Origin: Candidatus Omnitrophota bacterium
GTDB lineage: Bacteria > Omnitrophota > Gorgyraeia > Duberdicusellales > 4484-171
Assembly (NCBI GenBank): GCA_021735655.1
Contig: JAIPGM010000001.1
Coordinates: forward strand, 224,001-288,000
DNA: 64,000 nucleotides
Direction of reading: 5' to 3'
The notes under the pieces are model-generated. The model had not been told where the DNA came from. It searched no databases and saw only the letters and a program-made list of their open reading frames with translations. Positions within the stretch are counted from its first letter, which is position 1. Each line of letters opens with the position of its first letter. This document shows, in pieces, positions 27,195-36,592 of this stretch. Position numbers and translations under genes: made by a program.

Positions 27195-29128
27195 TGAGAG
27201 TAGATAAAAAGTATCTTCTAAGTGTATTACTGATAGTTATTATGGTAGCGATGGCTTATTTTCCTTTATTAAAAAATATAAATTCTATGATCACCAGCGA
27301 CAACGATTGGTCTTTTTATACTTTTTATGCTTCTGCCTATCGCACTAGTGTGCTTGAATATAAACAACTTCCGATACGAACTCATCTCTTAGCCGGAGGT
27401 TATCCTTTGATAGCTCATCCTCGTGATTGGAGCTTGAACCCTTTGGCTTTTTTAATCCTTATATTTGGTGAAATCGCCGGACTAAAGCTAAGCATGTTTA
27501 TTTTATTTCTTTTGGGTGGCCTAGGGATGTTTTATTTGGCTAAGAATGTTTTGGGCTATAACTACCTAGGTGCCTTATTTTCTTCATTTTTATATATATT
27601 TTCTAGTTGGGGAGCTTACCATACTGTTCAGGCAAATTTTAGCGTTCTTTTAAGCTATATGCTCCCTTGGGTGATTGCTTTTTATCTTAAATCTATACAT
27701 AAAAGAAAATTTATTATATACGCTTCATTGGCTTTGGCTATGGTAATTACGCTTGGTTCCCTTCTTGTCATACCGACAATTATTTTCTTTTTCATTTTTT
27801 CCCTTATGAAATCTTTAAGCATTCAGAAGCGGTTGAGGTTGAGGTTTAATTCAGGGTATTTAAAGAATTTTACGATGATAGTTTTATGTGCTGTTTTGTT
27901 GTGTTCGGTTAAAATATTGCCTATGGTTGGATTGTTGAATTCACGAACCGATGTCTATTTTCATGGCGCCGGTGAAGAAACCACTTATGATACGATAGAT
28001 CGAAACCATTTTTTTACTTCCGAAAAACTCATTAAGTCAATTTTTGATAAAGGGTACCAACATCGTTTAAAAATTTACTTTGGCTATATTCCTATAGTTT
28101 TTTTTCTGCTAGCTTTATGTTTTTATGGCAAGAAGATGTTTTCGTTTTTCTTTCCGTTCATATTTTTTACCATAGTTATGTTCGGGCCCTATAGCCATCT
28201 AGATTTATATCGATTATTATGGAATTTACACCCTTTCATTCGAGCGATTGTTGAACAAGATAGGTACTTTTTGCCATTTGTTATTTTTCCGGTTGCCCTT
28301 ATATCGGGTAGCGTTTTTCTTTTACTGAAAAGACTAACGAGATTTCGGCCGTTTTGGGCTATCGCAGTAGGAATACTTATAATCTATAGCTTTTTTGATA
28401 CATTTTTTGTTCAGCAAAATATTATGAAGCGGATAGTATATAAGCCAGTTCCGAATACAGCTTCTTTCATTCGGTCACCAGAATCATTTTTCCAGATTGC
28501 CTTTGATGATCCGATTCAAGATATCGAAGAAGAAAAAGGAGAGTTGTCAGTTTGCAGCTCTTCTAATTCCCCTAAGCCTTGTCGGCCGCAGGACTATGTA
28601 TTAATTAAAGATTATACTAAAATATTTCCCCTGATTCGTCAGAATATCGGCGTGGTAACTTTTTGTGGATATGCTGAAAGCTTAGACATAGCCGAATCAG
28701 CAATTCCTAAATATATCATTAATAAGAATAACTACTATGAGCCATTTAGCAATATACATCAATTTAGGTCTATAGCTGATAAACTTGCCGTTAATCCTAA
28801 TTACCGGGGTGAGGCCTTTGCTTTAGGTAAGGACAATAAAATAGAGATTGTGTCACTGGGGCCGACGCGAATAGAAATAAACGCTAATTTTTTAACGCCT
28901 GATACTCTGATTATAAATCAAAATTACCATAGAAGCTGGAAGTCAAACACAGGATTGATTGCTAATCATCAGGGGCTTTTAGCGGTAGATTTACCCGAAG
29001 GAAGGCATGATATTGTATTGCGATATGTTCCTTTAGATTTTTATTTAGGCGCGGCAATTAGCCTGTTGGCTTTGCTGGGTATTGGTGGTTATATTATTTT
29101 TTTAAAGAATGAGCAGGATGGAGAATAA
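27194..29128 (+). CDS. Large polytopic membrane protein, YfhO-like (tandem paralog 2)
   Basis: 644 aa and clearly paralogous to the 25260 gene (…LPIRTHLLAGGYPLIAHPRDW… / …LIINQNYHRSW…LRYVPLDFYLGAAIS…). The start overlaps the upstream stop as ATAATG. Confidence 0.45.
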   Translation: MRVDKKYLLSVLLIVIMVAMAYFPLLKNINSMITSDNDWSFYTFYASAYRTSVLEYKQLPIRTHLLAGGYPLIAHPRDWSLNPLAFLILIFGEIAGLKLSMFILFLLGGLGMFYLAKNVLGYNYLGALFSSFLYIFSSWGAYHTVQANFSVLLSYMLPWVIAFYLKSIHKRKFIIYASLALAMVITLGSLLVIPTIIFFFIFSLMKSLSIQKRLRLRFNSGYLKNFTMIVLCAVLLCSVKILPMVGLLNSRTDVYFHGAGEETTYDTIDRNHFFTSEKLIKSIFDKGYQHRLKIYFGYIPIVFFLLALCFYGKKMFSFFFPFIFFTIVMFGPYSHLDLYRLLWNLHPFIRAIVEQDRYFLPFVIFPVALISGSVFLLLKRLTRFRPFWAIAVGILIIYSFFDTFFVQQNIMKRIVYKPVPNTASFIRSPESFFQIAFDDPIQDIEEEKGELSVCSSSNSPKPCRPQDYVLIKDYTKIFPLIRQNIGVVTFCGYAESLDIAESAIPKYIINKNNYYEPFSNIHQFRSIADKLAVNPNYRGEAFALGKDNKIEIVSLGPTRIEINANFLTPDTLIINQNYHRSWKSNTGLIANHQGLLAVDLPEGRHDIVLRYVPLDFYLGAAISLLALLGIGGYIIFLKNEQDGE

Positions 29129-30101
29129 TAAAGGAATTTCGGTGATAGTGCCTTGTTATAACGATCAGGCGACGTTGAAGCTTTGCCTTGATGCAATCGT
29201 TGCTAACCAATATCCCGATTGTGAAATCATTGTGGTAGATGATAACTCTAAAGATTCATCATTAGCAATCGCACGCTCATATGATGCTCAGGTGATCTCA
29301 TCGGGTGAGAATCTTGGCGCAGGCTGGGCAAGGACTCACGGTGCAAGTTTTGCCAGTAAGGACATATTGCTTTTTATCGATGCAGACATAATAATTCCCG
29401 GTGATTTTCTTAGGCGGATAAGCCAAAAGTTTAGCGGGGGAACCTCGGATGTAATTATGGGGGTTATGGATAAGGAACCTTGTAACCGAGGCTTTATGGC
29501 GTCTCTTTTAGCTTTAGAGGCAAATTTTTACCACTCCTGTAAAGATACTGCCATAGATGAGGTGCATACTTTTAGTTTTGCAATAAGAAGGAGCGTGTTC
29601 TCGGCCAGTGGCGGATTTAGTTCTACCTTTAGGGGTGCCGGCGGCGAGGAATACGAATTCGGATATAAACTGACTAATAAAGGTTGCGTTTTAAAAGTAG
29701 ATCCAAAACTTAAGGTCGGGCATTATTTTGATAGTTTTTTTAAAAGAACTGTTAAATTATTCAGAAGGTCTGTTAATTGGTTTTATGTGTTTGCAAAACA
29801 AAGAAGGTTTGGTGTTAAGGGAACAAGTTTAAGGGTAGGGTTAGGTAAAGTATTCGGGTCACTTTTCTTAATAACCCTAGCAATGTCAGCATTAAAGCCG
29901 CAACCGTTTATATATATAAGTTTGATCGTTTTTATAATCGAGCTGTTGTTACTATCGAACTTTTTTTATTTTATTTATAAAGAGAAGGGTACTTGGTTTT
30001 TATTGAGAGCAGTGTTTATTTTACAGTTTTGGTCTTTAGTCGTAGTGGTTGGTGTAATTGTAGGATTTTTACAGATTTTATTTAAGAGTAGGAAATTATG
30101 A
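29109..30101 (+). CDS. Glycosyltransferase family 2 with a C-terminal membrane anchor
   Basis: 'ISVIVPCYNDQATLKLCL…IIVVDDNSKDSS', 'FIDADII' and a C-terminal hydrophobic tail. Its stop overlaps the next rSAM start as ATGA. Confidence 0.75.
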   Translation: MSRMENNKGISVIVPCYNDQATLKLCLDAIVANQYPDCEIIVVDDNSKDSSLAIARSYDAQVISSGENLGAGWARTHGASFASKDILLFIDADIIIPGDFLRRISQKFSGGTSDVIMGVMDKEPCNRGFMASLLALEANFYHSCKDTAIDEVHTFSFAIRRSVFSASGGFSSTFRGAGGEEYEFGYKLTNKGCVLKVDPKLKVGHYFDSFFKRTVKLFRRSVNWFYVFAKQRRFGVKGTSLRVGLGKVFGSLFLITLAMSALKPQPFIYISLIVFIIELLLLSNFFYFIYKEKGTWFLLRAVFILQFWSLVVVVGVIVGFLQILFKSRKL

Positions 30102-31213
30102 TTGGAAAGTATTTTAAAGCCTTAAAATTTTTATTTTACAATTACCCTACCTATTTAATACTTTTTACTACTGCAAGATGCAATGCTAGATGTCGACACT
30201 GTTTTTACCTTGATTCTATAGATAAGTCTAATGTTGATAGCGAACTTACTTTGGATGAGTATGAAAAAATATCTAAATCTTTGAAACATGTAAAAGCACT
30301 GATTATAACCGGAGGAGAACCTACTCTTAGGGATGATATACCTGAGATTTGCCGTATTTTTTATAAAAATAATGGAGTTCAGTACATAGCAGTACATACT
30401 AACGGTTTTTTTACCGATAAGATAGGGGACATTTCTAAAACGATATTGAATAGCTTACAAGATGCCTATCTGGATGTTAAAATATCCATAGATAATATAG
30501 GCGAAAAACATGATTATATACGTAGCGTAGACGGTATATTTAGTAAAGCGAAAAAGACGATTGGGCTGATAGATAGGATGAGAGAAGATTATCCAAATCT
30601 GGGGTTAGGCGTAGCTACTGTTTTTTCTAGTTATAATTCAAAAGATATACCTGAAGTATTGAATTTTGTAAATGAATTTGAAGTTGATTCTTTTGATTTA
30701 AATTATATGCGCGGCAATGTGGGAATCGAAGCATGCGAAGATATATCGTTAGAGATGTTTGAAAAAGCAATAAATTATGTAAATTTAAATAAAAGGCCTT
30801 CATTGAGGAGCAGCTTGCCGTTGTCGTCTTTTGTCTGGCCAGTGAAAAGCTTGGTATCAAAATATCTCATAGGGGCTTTGCGGAATCGAAAGATGCCTAT
30901 ATCTTGCAGTGTTGCTAAAAAGAAGATGGTTGTTATTTCTGAAGATGGTGAACTGCGGCCTTGTGAGATTTTATCCCAGAGCTACGGTAATTTAAGGAAC
31001 GTTAAGTATGATATATTTAAACTTATCAATTCATCAAAAGCCAAAGAAATTCAGAGGCAGATAGCCAAGGGCGATTGTTATTGTTCTTGGGAGTGCGCTA
31101 TAGTTAACAGCATAGTACACAATTTTAGTACTTACCCTTCAATTTTGAAAGAATGGCTGGCTCAAAGAAAAACTTTTATCAACTTTGTAAAAGAAGAGAC
31201 GAAATTTAAATAA
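30098..31213 (+). CDS. Radical SAM/SPASM enzyme, family B paralog
   Basis: 'FTTARCNARCRHCFY' carries CX3CX2C, followed by 'ITGGEPTLRDD' and a C-terminal SPASM pattern (PCEIL…GN…C.C.WECA). Confidence 0.8.
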   Translation: MIGKYFKALKFLFYNYPTYLILFTTARCNARCRHCFYLDSIDKSNVDSELTLDEYEKISKSLKHVKALIITGGEPTLRDDIPEICRIFYKNNGVQYIAVHTNGFFTDKIGDISKTILNSLQDAYLDVKISIDNIGEKHDYIRSVDGIFSKAKKTIGLIDRMREDYPNLGLGVATVFSSYNSKDIPEVLNFVNEFEVDSFDLNYMRGNVGIEACEDISLEMFEKAINYVNLNKRPSLRSSLPLSSFVWPVKSLVSKYLIGALRNRKMPISCSVAKKKMVVISEDGELRPCEILSQSYGNLRNVKYDIFKLINSSKAKEIQRQIAKGDCYCSWECAIVNSIVHNFSTYPSILKEWLAQRKTFINFVKEETKFK

Positions 31214-32640
31214 TGAAAATAGCCTTAATACATCCATTGTATCGACATAAAATATTTTCCGAGAATTTACGGGTTGTTGATGAAGAGTTTTGTCAGGCAC
31301 CGCCGATAATTTTGGCTTATGTTGCGTCTATTTTACGCCAAGCTGGTCACAAAGTAATTTTAATAGATGCTTACACCCTTAGGCTTTCAAAAAAGAAGGT
31401 TTTGGGTATTTTGCGTAATTTCAAGCCAGATTTTCTTGGGTTTCGGTTGGAATCTTACCATTTTCATAACACTCTTGACTGGATAAAAACTTTAAAGTCG
31501 GAGTTGGGTATTCCAATCATAGTTGGCGGAATCAATCTAAAATTATATCTTAAAGAGTCACTTTTTTATCAGGAGATAGATTACGGCATCTTGGATGATG
31601 CCCTGGAGAGTTTGCCTAAGCTTCTTCGGGCTTTGGCCGAAAGCAGAGACCTTAGAACTATAGAAGGTCTTGCCTATCGGCATAAGGGAAAACTGATGAT
31701 TAACCCGCCTTCCGATAAAGCCATCGGCTTTGACAATTTTCCTTTTCCGGCCCGGGATTTACTTCCTAACGATAAATATGTTTCTTTTCTTTCAAAGAGA
31801 AAGAATTTTACGATTATGGTTACTAGCCGGGGTTGTCCGTATAATTGTTATTTTTGCGCGATTTCTAACAGCCAGGTTTATGAGGAAAGGTCAGCCCAAA
31901 ACGTCGTTGACGAAATCGAAGAGTGCTACCATAAATATAATATTCGTGAGATAGACTTTTTTGACGCCACATTCTTTTTTAATAAGAAAAGATTTTTCGA
32001 GATAAGCAAAGAAATGAAGAAACGAAATATTAAAATTGAGTGGTCTTGTAGATCTAGGGTAGACGTAGTCGATGAGGATATAATTAAAGAGGCTAAATCT
32101 ATAGGATGTAGACAGATATTGTTTGGGATAGAGTCGGCAGACCAACAAGTGCTACAAGGAATCCAAAAAAAAATAAGCATTGAAAAAGTTAAGGACAGCA
32201 TTAAGCTTTGCAGGAAATACAATATTTTAACTATGGGTTTTTTCATGATCGGAAACCCCGGAGAAACCAGGGATAGCATAAATAGATCAATTAAATTCGC
32301 AAAAGATCTAGGCTTGGATTTTGTGCAGTTTTGCAGGGCAATTGCTAAACCTAATTCAGGATTAAACGAGATACTGAAAAGTAAGACTGGTAAGGATTAT
32401 TGGAGCGACTATATGCTTGGTAAGGAAAAGGAACGAAGGATGTTAACTCCTTGGGTTGACCTATCCCAAGAGGAGATAGAATATTATACAGTTAAAGCCT
32501 ACCGTAGTTTTTACTTTCGACCTGTGCATATTCTCAAGATTACCTTAAAAGTAAAATCTTTTTCTGAATTTGTTAAGTATCTCCGGGTTGGATTACGGAT
32601 GCTTTTTGGAAATAAAAAAGAATATGACCTTAAAAGATAA
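31213..32640 (+). CDS. B12-binding-domain radical SAM enzyme
   Basis: An N-terminal B12-binding-like domain (MKIALIHP…IIVGG) precedes 'MVTSRGCPYNCYFCAIS', which carries CX3CX2C. Confidence 0.8.
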   Translation: MKIALIHPLYRHKIFSENLRVVDEEFCQAPPIILAYVASILRQAGHKVILIDAYTLRLSKKKVLGILRNFKPDFLGFRLESYHFHNTLDWIKTLKSELGIPIIVGGINLKLYLKESLFYQEIDYGILDDALESLPKLLRALAESRDLRTIEGLAYRHKGKLMINPPSDKAIGFDNFPFPARDLLPNDKYVSFLSKRKNFTIMVTSRGCPYNCYFCAISNSQVYEERSAQNVVDEIEECYHKYNIREIDFFDATFFFNKKRFFEISKEMKKRNIKIEWSCRSRVDVVDEDIIKEAKSIGCRQILFGIESADQQVLQGIQKKISIEKVKDSIKLCRKYNILTMGFFMIGNPGETRDSINRSIKFAKDLGLDFVQFCRAIAKPNSGLNEILKSKTGKDYWSDYMLGKEKERRMLTPWVDLSQEEIEYYTVKAYRSFYFRPVHILKITLKVKSFSEFVKYLRVGLRMLFGNKKEYDLKR

Positions 32641-33616
32641 ACTTCATTCTTTCAATTGTATGTTTAAAGTAAGGTTTTTAAAAAAAAGAATACCTTTGGC
32701 GGTCCGTCTTCAGGTTACAAATCGCTGTACATTACAATGTAAATATTGCAATCTTTGGAACACAAAAACTGAAGAATTCACCAAAGAAGAAATATTTAGT
32801 CTTATCGATCAATTAGCCGTTTTGGGGGCTAAAAGAATTTCTTTTAGTGGCGGAGAGCCGTTGCTAAGAAAAGATATAGGTGAGATCATAAGCTATTGCC
32901 GAGAAAAAAGTATTTATCCTGAAATGAATTCCAATGGCACATTAGTGCCTGAAAGAGTAGATGAAATTAGTAACTTAGATTTTCTAAAATTGAGTCTAGA
33001 CGGGCCAAAAGAAATACACGATTTATTACGGGGCAAAGGTTCCTATGGACAGGTTCTAGCGGCTGCTGATTCTGTTTCTAAGAAGGGGATGAATTTTGGT
33101 TTTGCCACGACTTTAACAAAGTATAATATAGATCATCTTGATTTTCTTCTTGCTATAGCAGAAAAGTACAATACGATAGTGGCTTTTCAGCCTTTAAAGC
33201 AACTCTATCGAGGGATAAGTGACATTTCTAATTTAGCGCCATCTCAGGATAAATTTAAAAAGGCTATTGATAAGCTTATCCAAACTAAGAAATCCGGTAA
33301 TAGGCATATGCGTAATTCCCTTCGCGGACTTAAGCATATTTATAATTGGCCAAAATATAAAAAACTTAGATGCTGGTCGGGGCGGCTTTTTTGTATTATT
33401 AATGCCGATGGTGAGCTATTTCCTTGCGATAGAATTAATTATAATTCTCCGCTCCCGAATTGTAAAAAACAGGCCTTAAAGTTAGCTTTAGATCAGTTAC
33501 CTCAAGCGCATTGTTCGGGATGCGGTTTTTGTGGCTCTTTAGAGCTAAATTATCTTATGAATTTTAAACTCGATATTATTTCTTCGATAAGAAAGATATT
33601 AGATAAACAAGAATAA
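32624..33616 (+). CDS. Radical SAM/SPASM enzyme, family A paralog
   Basis: 'VTNRCTLQCKYCNLW', 'SGGEPLLRKDI' and a SPASM tail (CSGCGFCGSLELNYL). ATG 32624 was chosen to match paralog N-termini. The ORF track starts at 32570. Confidence 0.8.
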   Translation: MTLKDKLHSFNCMFKVRFLKKRIPLAVRLQVTNRCTLQCKYCNLWNTKTEEFTKEEIFSLIDQLAVLGAKRISFSGGEPLLRKDIGEIISYCREKSIYPEMNSNGTLVPERVDEISNLDFLKLSLDGPKEIHDLLRGKGSYGQVLAAADSVSKKGMNFGFATTLTKYNIDHLDFLLAIAEKYNTIVAFQPLKQLYRGISDISNLAPSQDKFKKAIDKLIQTKKSGNRHMRNSLRGLKHIYNWPKYKKLRCWSGRLFCIINADGELFPCDRINYNSPLPNCKKQALKLALDQLPQAHCSGCGFCGSLELNYLMNFKLDIISSIRKILDKQE

Positions 33617-33626
33617 AGAAGGTTAT

Positions 33627-34916
33627 ATGGTTCAAAATAATTCTGGAAAGTGCTTAAAATTTATATACTCTAGCATAGCGTGTGTAATCGTTAGTTGTAT
33701 ATTATTTGTAACTTTAGAGGTAGGGGCTAGGTATTTATTTCCCAATAATGATCGACTTCAAGAGATACTTCGTGTTTTAGAGCAAGATTCAATACTTTTT
33801 TGGCGCCAGAGGGAAAATTTAGATACAGAATTTCAAAAGACAGGCCTAAAGACAAATTTTATCGGCTTAAGGGACGAGGTTCAGAATTTCGGCAAAAAAG
33901 CAAATCTGGTTAGGGTTATTTGCTTGGGTGCATCGCCGACATTTGGATGGGCAGTGGAAGGTGAAGACTCTTATCCCGACCAGCTAGAAAATATGCTTAA
34001 TCATAACCCCAAAGGCAAAAAAATTTACGAGGTCATAAATGCCGGAGTCATCGGATATAGTTCTTATCAGGGGTTATTATTTTTAAAAAATGAATTGCTC
34101 AGGTTTGATCCGGATATTATTACCATAGCTTATGGAGTTAATGATATGGACAAGCACAGATTCTATCGGAGCAATGGCAAAATGGATAAGGAATTGTATC
34201 CTAAGAATAGGAGCTCAGTTTTTCTGGAGAACATTTTTAATAATAGTAAATTAGTTAGAGTGTGCAGGGATTTTGTTTTATATCTTAAAGGTTACAGGAA
34301 AGATTTTTCAGGAATTAAAGGAAGTACTTTTTCTGATAGCGTAAGAGTATCGCCTCAAGATTATAAAAATAATCTCGATGAGATTTTAAAGATAGCTAAG
34401 AAGAAAGGAATAAAAATCATATTCATTAAAATGCCCATGGACCTATCTTTACCGGAACCAATATCAGACCAAAAAAAACTTAAAGCTGAGGAGTATTTAT
34501 CAATCGGACTAAAGCTCATTAAGGCGAGAGCTATAGACCAAGCGATTGCAAATCTTAAAAAGGCAGCTATAAATAATCCTTATTCAAGCGAAGTTTTTTA
34601 CTATTTAGGAATGTGTTATGAATTAGAAAAAGATTCCCTATCGGCAAAAGATTATTTTTTGAAAGCGAAGGAGGCTCAAGCCTATCAGCATAGGAAAGAT
34701 ATCCAAATTTATCAAGATCTCATGCAGCAATTAGCTGATACTAAAAATATACCTTGCCTGGATGCGATGCGTGCGGTTGTTGGAAGTAATAATAAGAGTT
34801 TTTTTAAAACACCAATCCACCCCAATGCTTCAGGTCATAAAATTATTGCCGGGCTATTATATGATGCTTTAACTGATAATGATTACTTATTAAACGATGA
34901 GGAAAATAGGAGGTAA
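33627..34916 (+). CDS. SGNH-hydrolase-fold protein with a C-terminal TPR-like region
   Basis: An N-terminal transmembrane segment is present. The SGNH blocks are 'ICLGASPTFGW', 'NAGVIGYSS', 'GVNDMD' and 'HPNASGH'. The C-terminal region is TPR-like (…AIANLKKAAINNPYSSEVFYYLGMCYE…). Confidence 0.5.
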   Translation: MVQNNSGKCLKFIYSSIACVIVSCILFVTLEVGARYLFPNNDRLQEILRVLEQDSILFWRQRENLDTEFQKTGLKTNFIGLRDEVQNFGKKANLVRVICLGASPTFGWAVEGEDSYPDQLENMLNHNPKGKKIYEVINAGVIGYSSYQGLLFLKNELLRFDPDIITIAYGVNDMDKHRFYRSNGKMDKELYPKNRSSVFLENIFNNSKLVRVCRDFVLYLKGYRKDFSGIKGSTFSDSVRVSPQDYKNNLDEILKIAKKKGIKIIFIKMPMDLSLPEPISDQKKLKAEEYLSIGLKLIKARAIDQAIANLKKAAINNPYSSEVFYYLGMCYELEKDSLSAKDYFLKAKEAQAYQHRKDIQIYQDLMQQLADTKNIPCLDAMRAVVGSNNKSFFKTPIHPNASGHKIIAGLLYDALTDNDYLLNDEENRR

Positions 34917-34918
34917 TC

Positions 34919-36196
34919 GTGGATAAAAATAATACTCATAATACATCTAAGAAGACCAAATATCGTTTAAGGGCAAAAGTTTGCATAAGTTTGTTTAGTC
35001 TGTTTTTTTCTTTAATCGTACTGGAGGTAGTTTTAAGAATTATTGGGCATGTTTATTTTTCATCGCGACCAACGGCAGATGAAATATTTGCAGAATTCCA
35101 AAATAAACAAGGCGAAAGAGTAATTTTGTGTATTGGTGATTCTTACACAGTTGGGGCTAACGTAGGAGAGAAAAACGCCTGGCCTAGTAAATTGCAGATT
35201 ATGCTGAATGAGGGGTATGGTGAAGGTAAATTTCACGTTGTTAATAGCGGTGTATGCGAGATCAATTCTGCTCAGGTTCTAGAGATATTACCTCGCTACA
35301 TAGAACGTTACAAACCTGAGATAATTATTTTTTTGGTTGGAGTTGCTAACCAATTCAATTTTATTGGATTCGACAGGGAAGCAGAAACCTATTTGAAATT
35401 GCCTAACTTTGTTTATAAGCTCAGAACTTACAAGATGTTAAGGATTGTAGCTTTAAATATTCGGCAAAAGATTTTTAAAGATAGTTTCGAGCAAGATAGT
35501 ACTTTTGCTACTCAAGCATCGCTATCAAAGCGTCAATTGAGTAAAGCTCTTAATCCAGACGAGCACATATTTGCAGAAATAGCAGATGCTGATTATGACT
35601 TAATTGAGCACCTAAGGGCGGCAGGTGAGCACGATAAAGCTTCTGATTTGTTTAGAAAATCGGTGTTGGTCATTGACCCTAATTCAGAATTGTTTGCTTA
35701 TTATGGTCCTGAATTTATACTTGATATATATGACGATATGTATAATAGCAAAACCTTGAGTGTGGATGAGGTGCTTTCTGATTTTAGAAAAAATCTAGAA
35801 AGTAACCCTAGTCTGAAAGATGATAAGGCGTTCATGGACTATTATTCGTATTTACAAAGTATAGATAAATTCTATAAAGCAAAAAGAATTGAGCAGCAGC
35901 TGATAAATGATTTGGATAAGATTATTAGTGTGTGTCGAGACAATAATGTCAGAATTGTTATCCAAAATTACCCTTACCCTTATCCAATGATTGACAAGGT
36001 CATAGCCGATGTAGCTCTCAAATATTCTTTAACTTTAGTCGATCAAGGCAGAATTTTTAGTAGGTTAATTGCTAGGAATAAAAGAGAGATTTATTTTCAA
36101 GATGATCTTCATTGCACCCCTTTGGGGTACCGGATTATGGCAGAAAACATATATAATGTTTTTAAGCAAGAGGATATCGGCAAAATAGAACCATAG
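34919..36196 (+). CDS. SGNH/GDSL hydrolase-fold protein
   Basis: An N-terminal transmembrane segment is present. The blocks are 'ILCIGDSYTVGANVG', 'VNSGVCE' and 'DDLHCTPLGY'. Confidence 0.5.
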   Translation: MDKNNTHNTSKKTKYRLRAKVCISLFSLFFSLIVLEVVLRIIGHVYFSSRPTADEIFAEFQNKQGERVILCIGDSYTVGANVGEKNAWPSKLQIMLNEGYGEGKFHVVNSGVCEINSAQVLEILPRYIERYKPEIIIFLVGVANQFNFIGFDREAETYLKLPNFVYKLRTYKMLRIVALNIRQKIFKDSFEQDSTFATQASLSKRQLSKALNPDEHIFAEIADADYDLIEHLRAAGEHDKASDLFRKSVLVIDPNSELFAYYGPEFILDIYDDMYNSKTLSVDEVLSDFRKNLESNPSLKDDKAFMDYYSYLQSIDKFYKAKRIEQQLINDLDKIISVCRDNNVRIVIQNYPYPYPMIDKVIADVALKYSLTLVDQGRIFSRLIARNKREIYFQDDLHCTPLGYRIMAENIYNVFKQEDIGKIEP

Positions 36197-36208
36197 GGAG
36201 GTTAACAA

Positions 36209-36388
36209 ATGAAAAGAAAAACTAGTTTTAAACAGAATAAAGAGATTCTGTGGCAAATATTCTTTTTGATTAAAGAAAATAAGAAATGGTGGTTACTGCC
36301 TATATTTTTAGTATTAGTAATTTTAGGTTTATTTGTCAGCTTGACAGGAAATCAATCTATTTTGCCTGCAGTTTACGCTTTATTTTAA
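36209..36388 (+). CDS. DUF5989-like small membrane protein (59 aa)
   Basis: Not in the ORF track. GGGAGG lies 7 nt upstream. The translation is MKRKTSFKQNKEILWQIFFLIKENKKWWLLPIFLVLVILGLFVSLTGNQSILPAVYALF*. This matches the DUF5989 pattern (…KKWWLxPI…, C-terminal …P.iYtLF). Confidence 0.5.
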   Translation: MKRKTSFKQNKEILWQIFFLIKENKKWWLLPIFLVLVILGLFVSLTGNQSILPAVYALF

Positions 36389-36403
36389 TATTACTGAAAT
36401 AAA

Positions 36404-36592
36404 ATGGCAACATTATTAAGAAAAGTTATTGCTTCTGTTGTTTGTTCTATAGCATTGCTATTGCCGCATAGACTTAGAATTATCTATTGCGAGATACTTG
36501 GCTGGTCGATGCAATTAATCTTTTGGGCTTATATTTCTATACTTAAATTTATAATAAAGTCACTTAAAGTGGGTAAAATTAAAACGCAATGA
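36404..36592 (+). CDS. Small hydrophobic protein (62 aa), hypothetical
   Basis: The ORF is in the track and has two predicted membrane helices. It sits between the DUF5989-like gene and a PP-loop ATPase. No confident family was recognised. Confidence 0.3.
   Translation: MATLLRKVIASVVCSIALLLPHRLRIIYCEILGWSMQLIFWAYISILKFIIKSLKVGKIKTQ

Noticed and set aside
36404-36592. Assigning the 62-aa hydrophobic ORF to the SxtJ family because of its position next to the DUF5989-like gene.
   Set aside because: It is only about half the length I would expect and I cannot recall a diagnostic motif. It is left as hypothetical.
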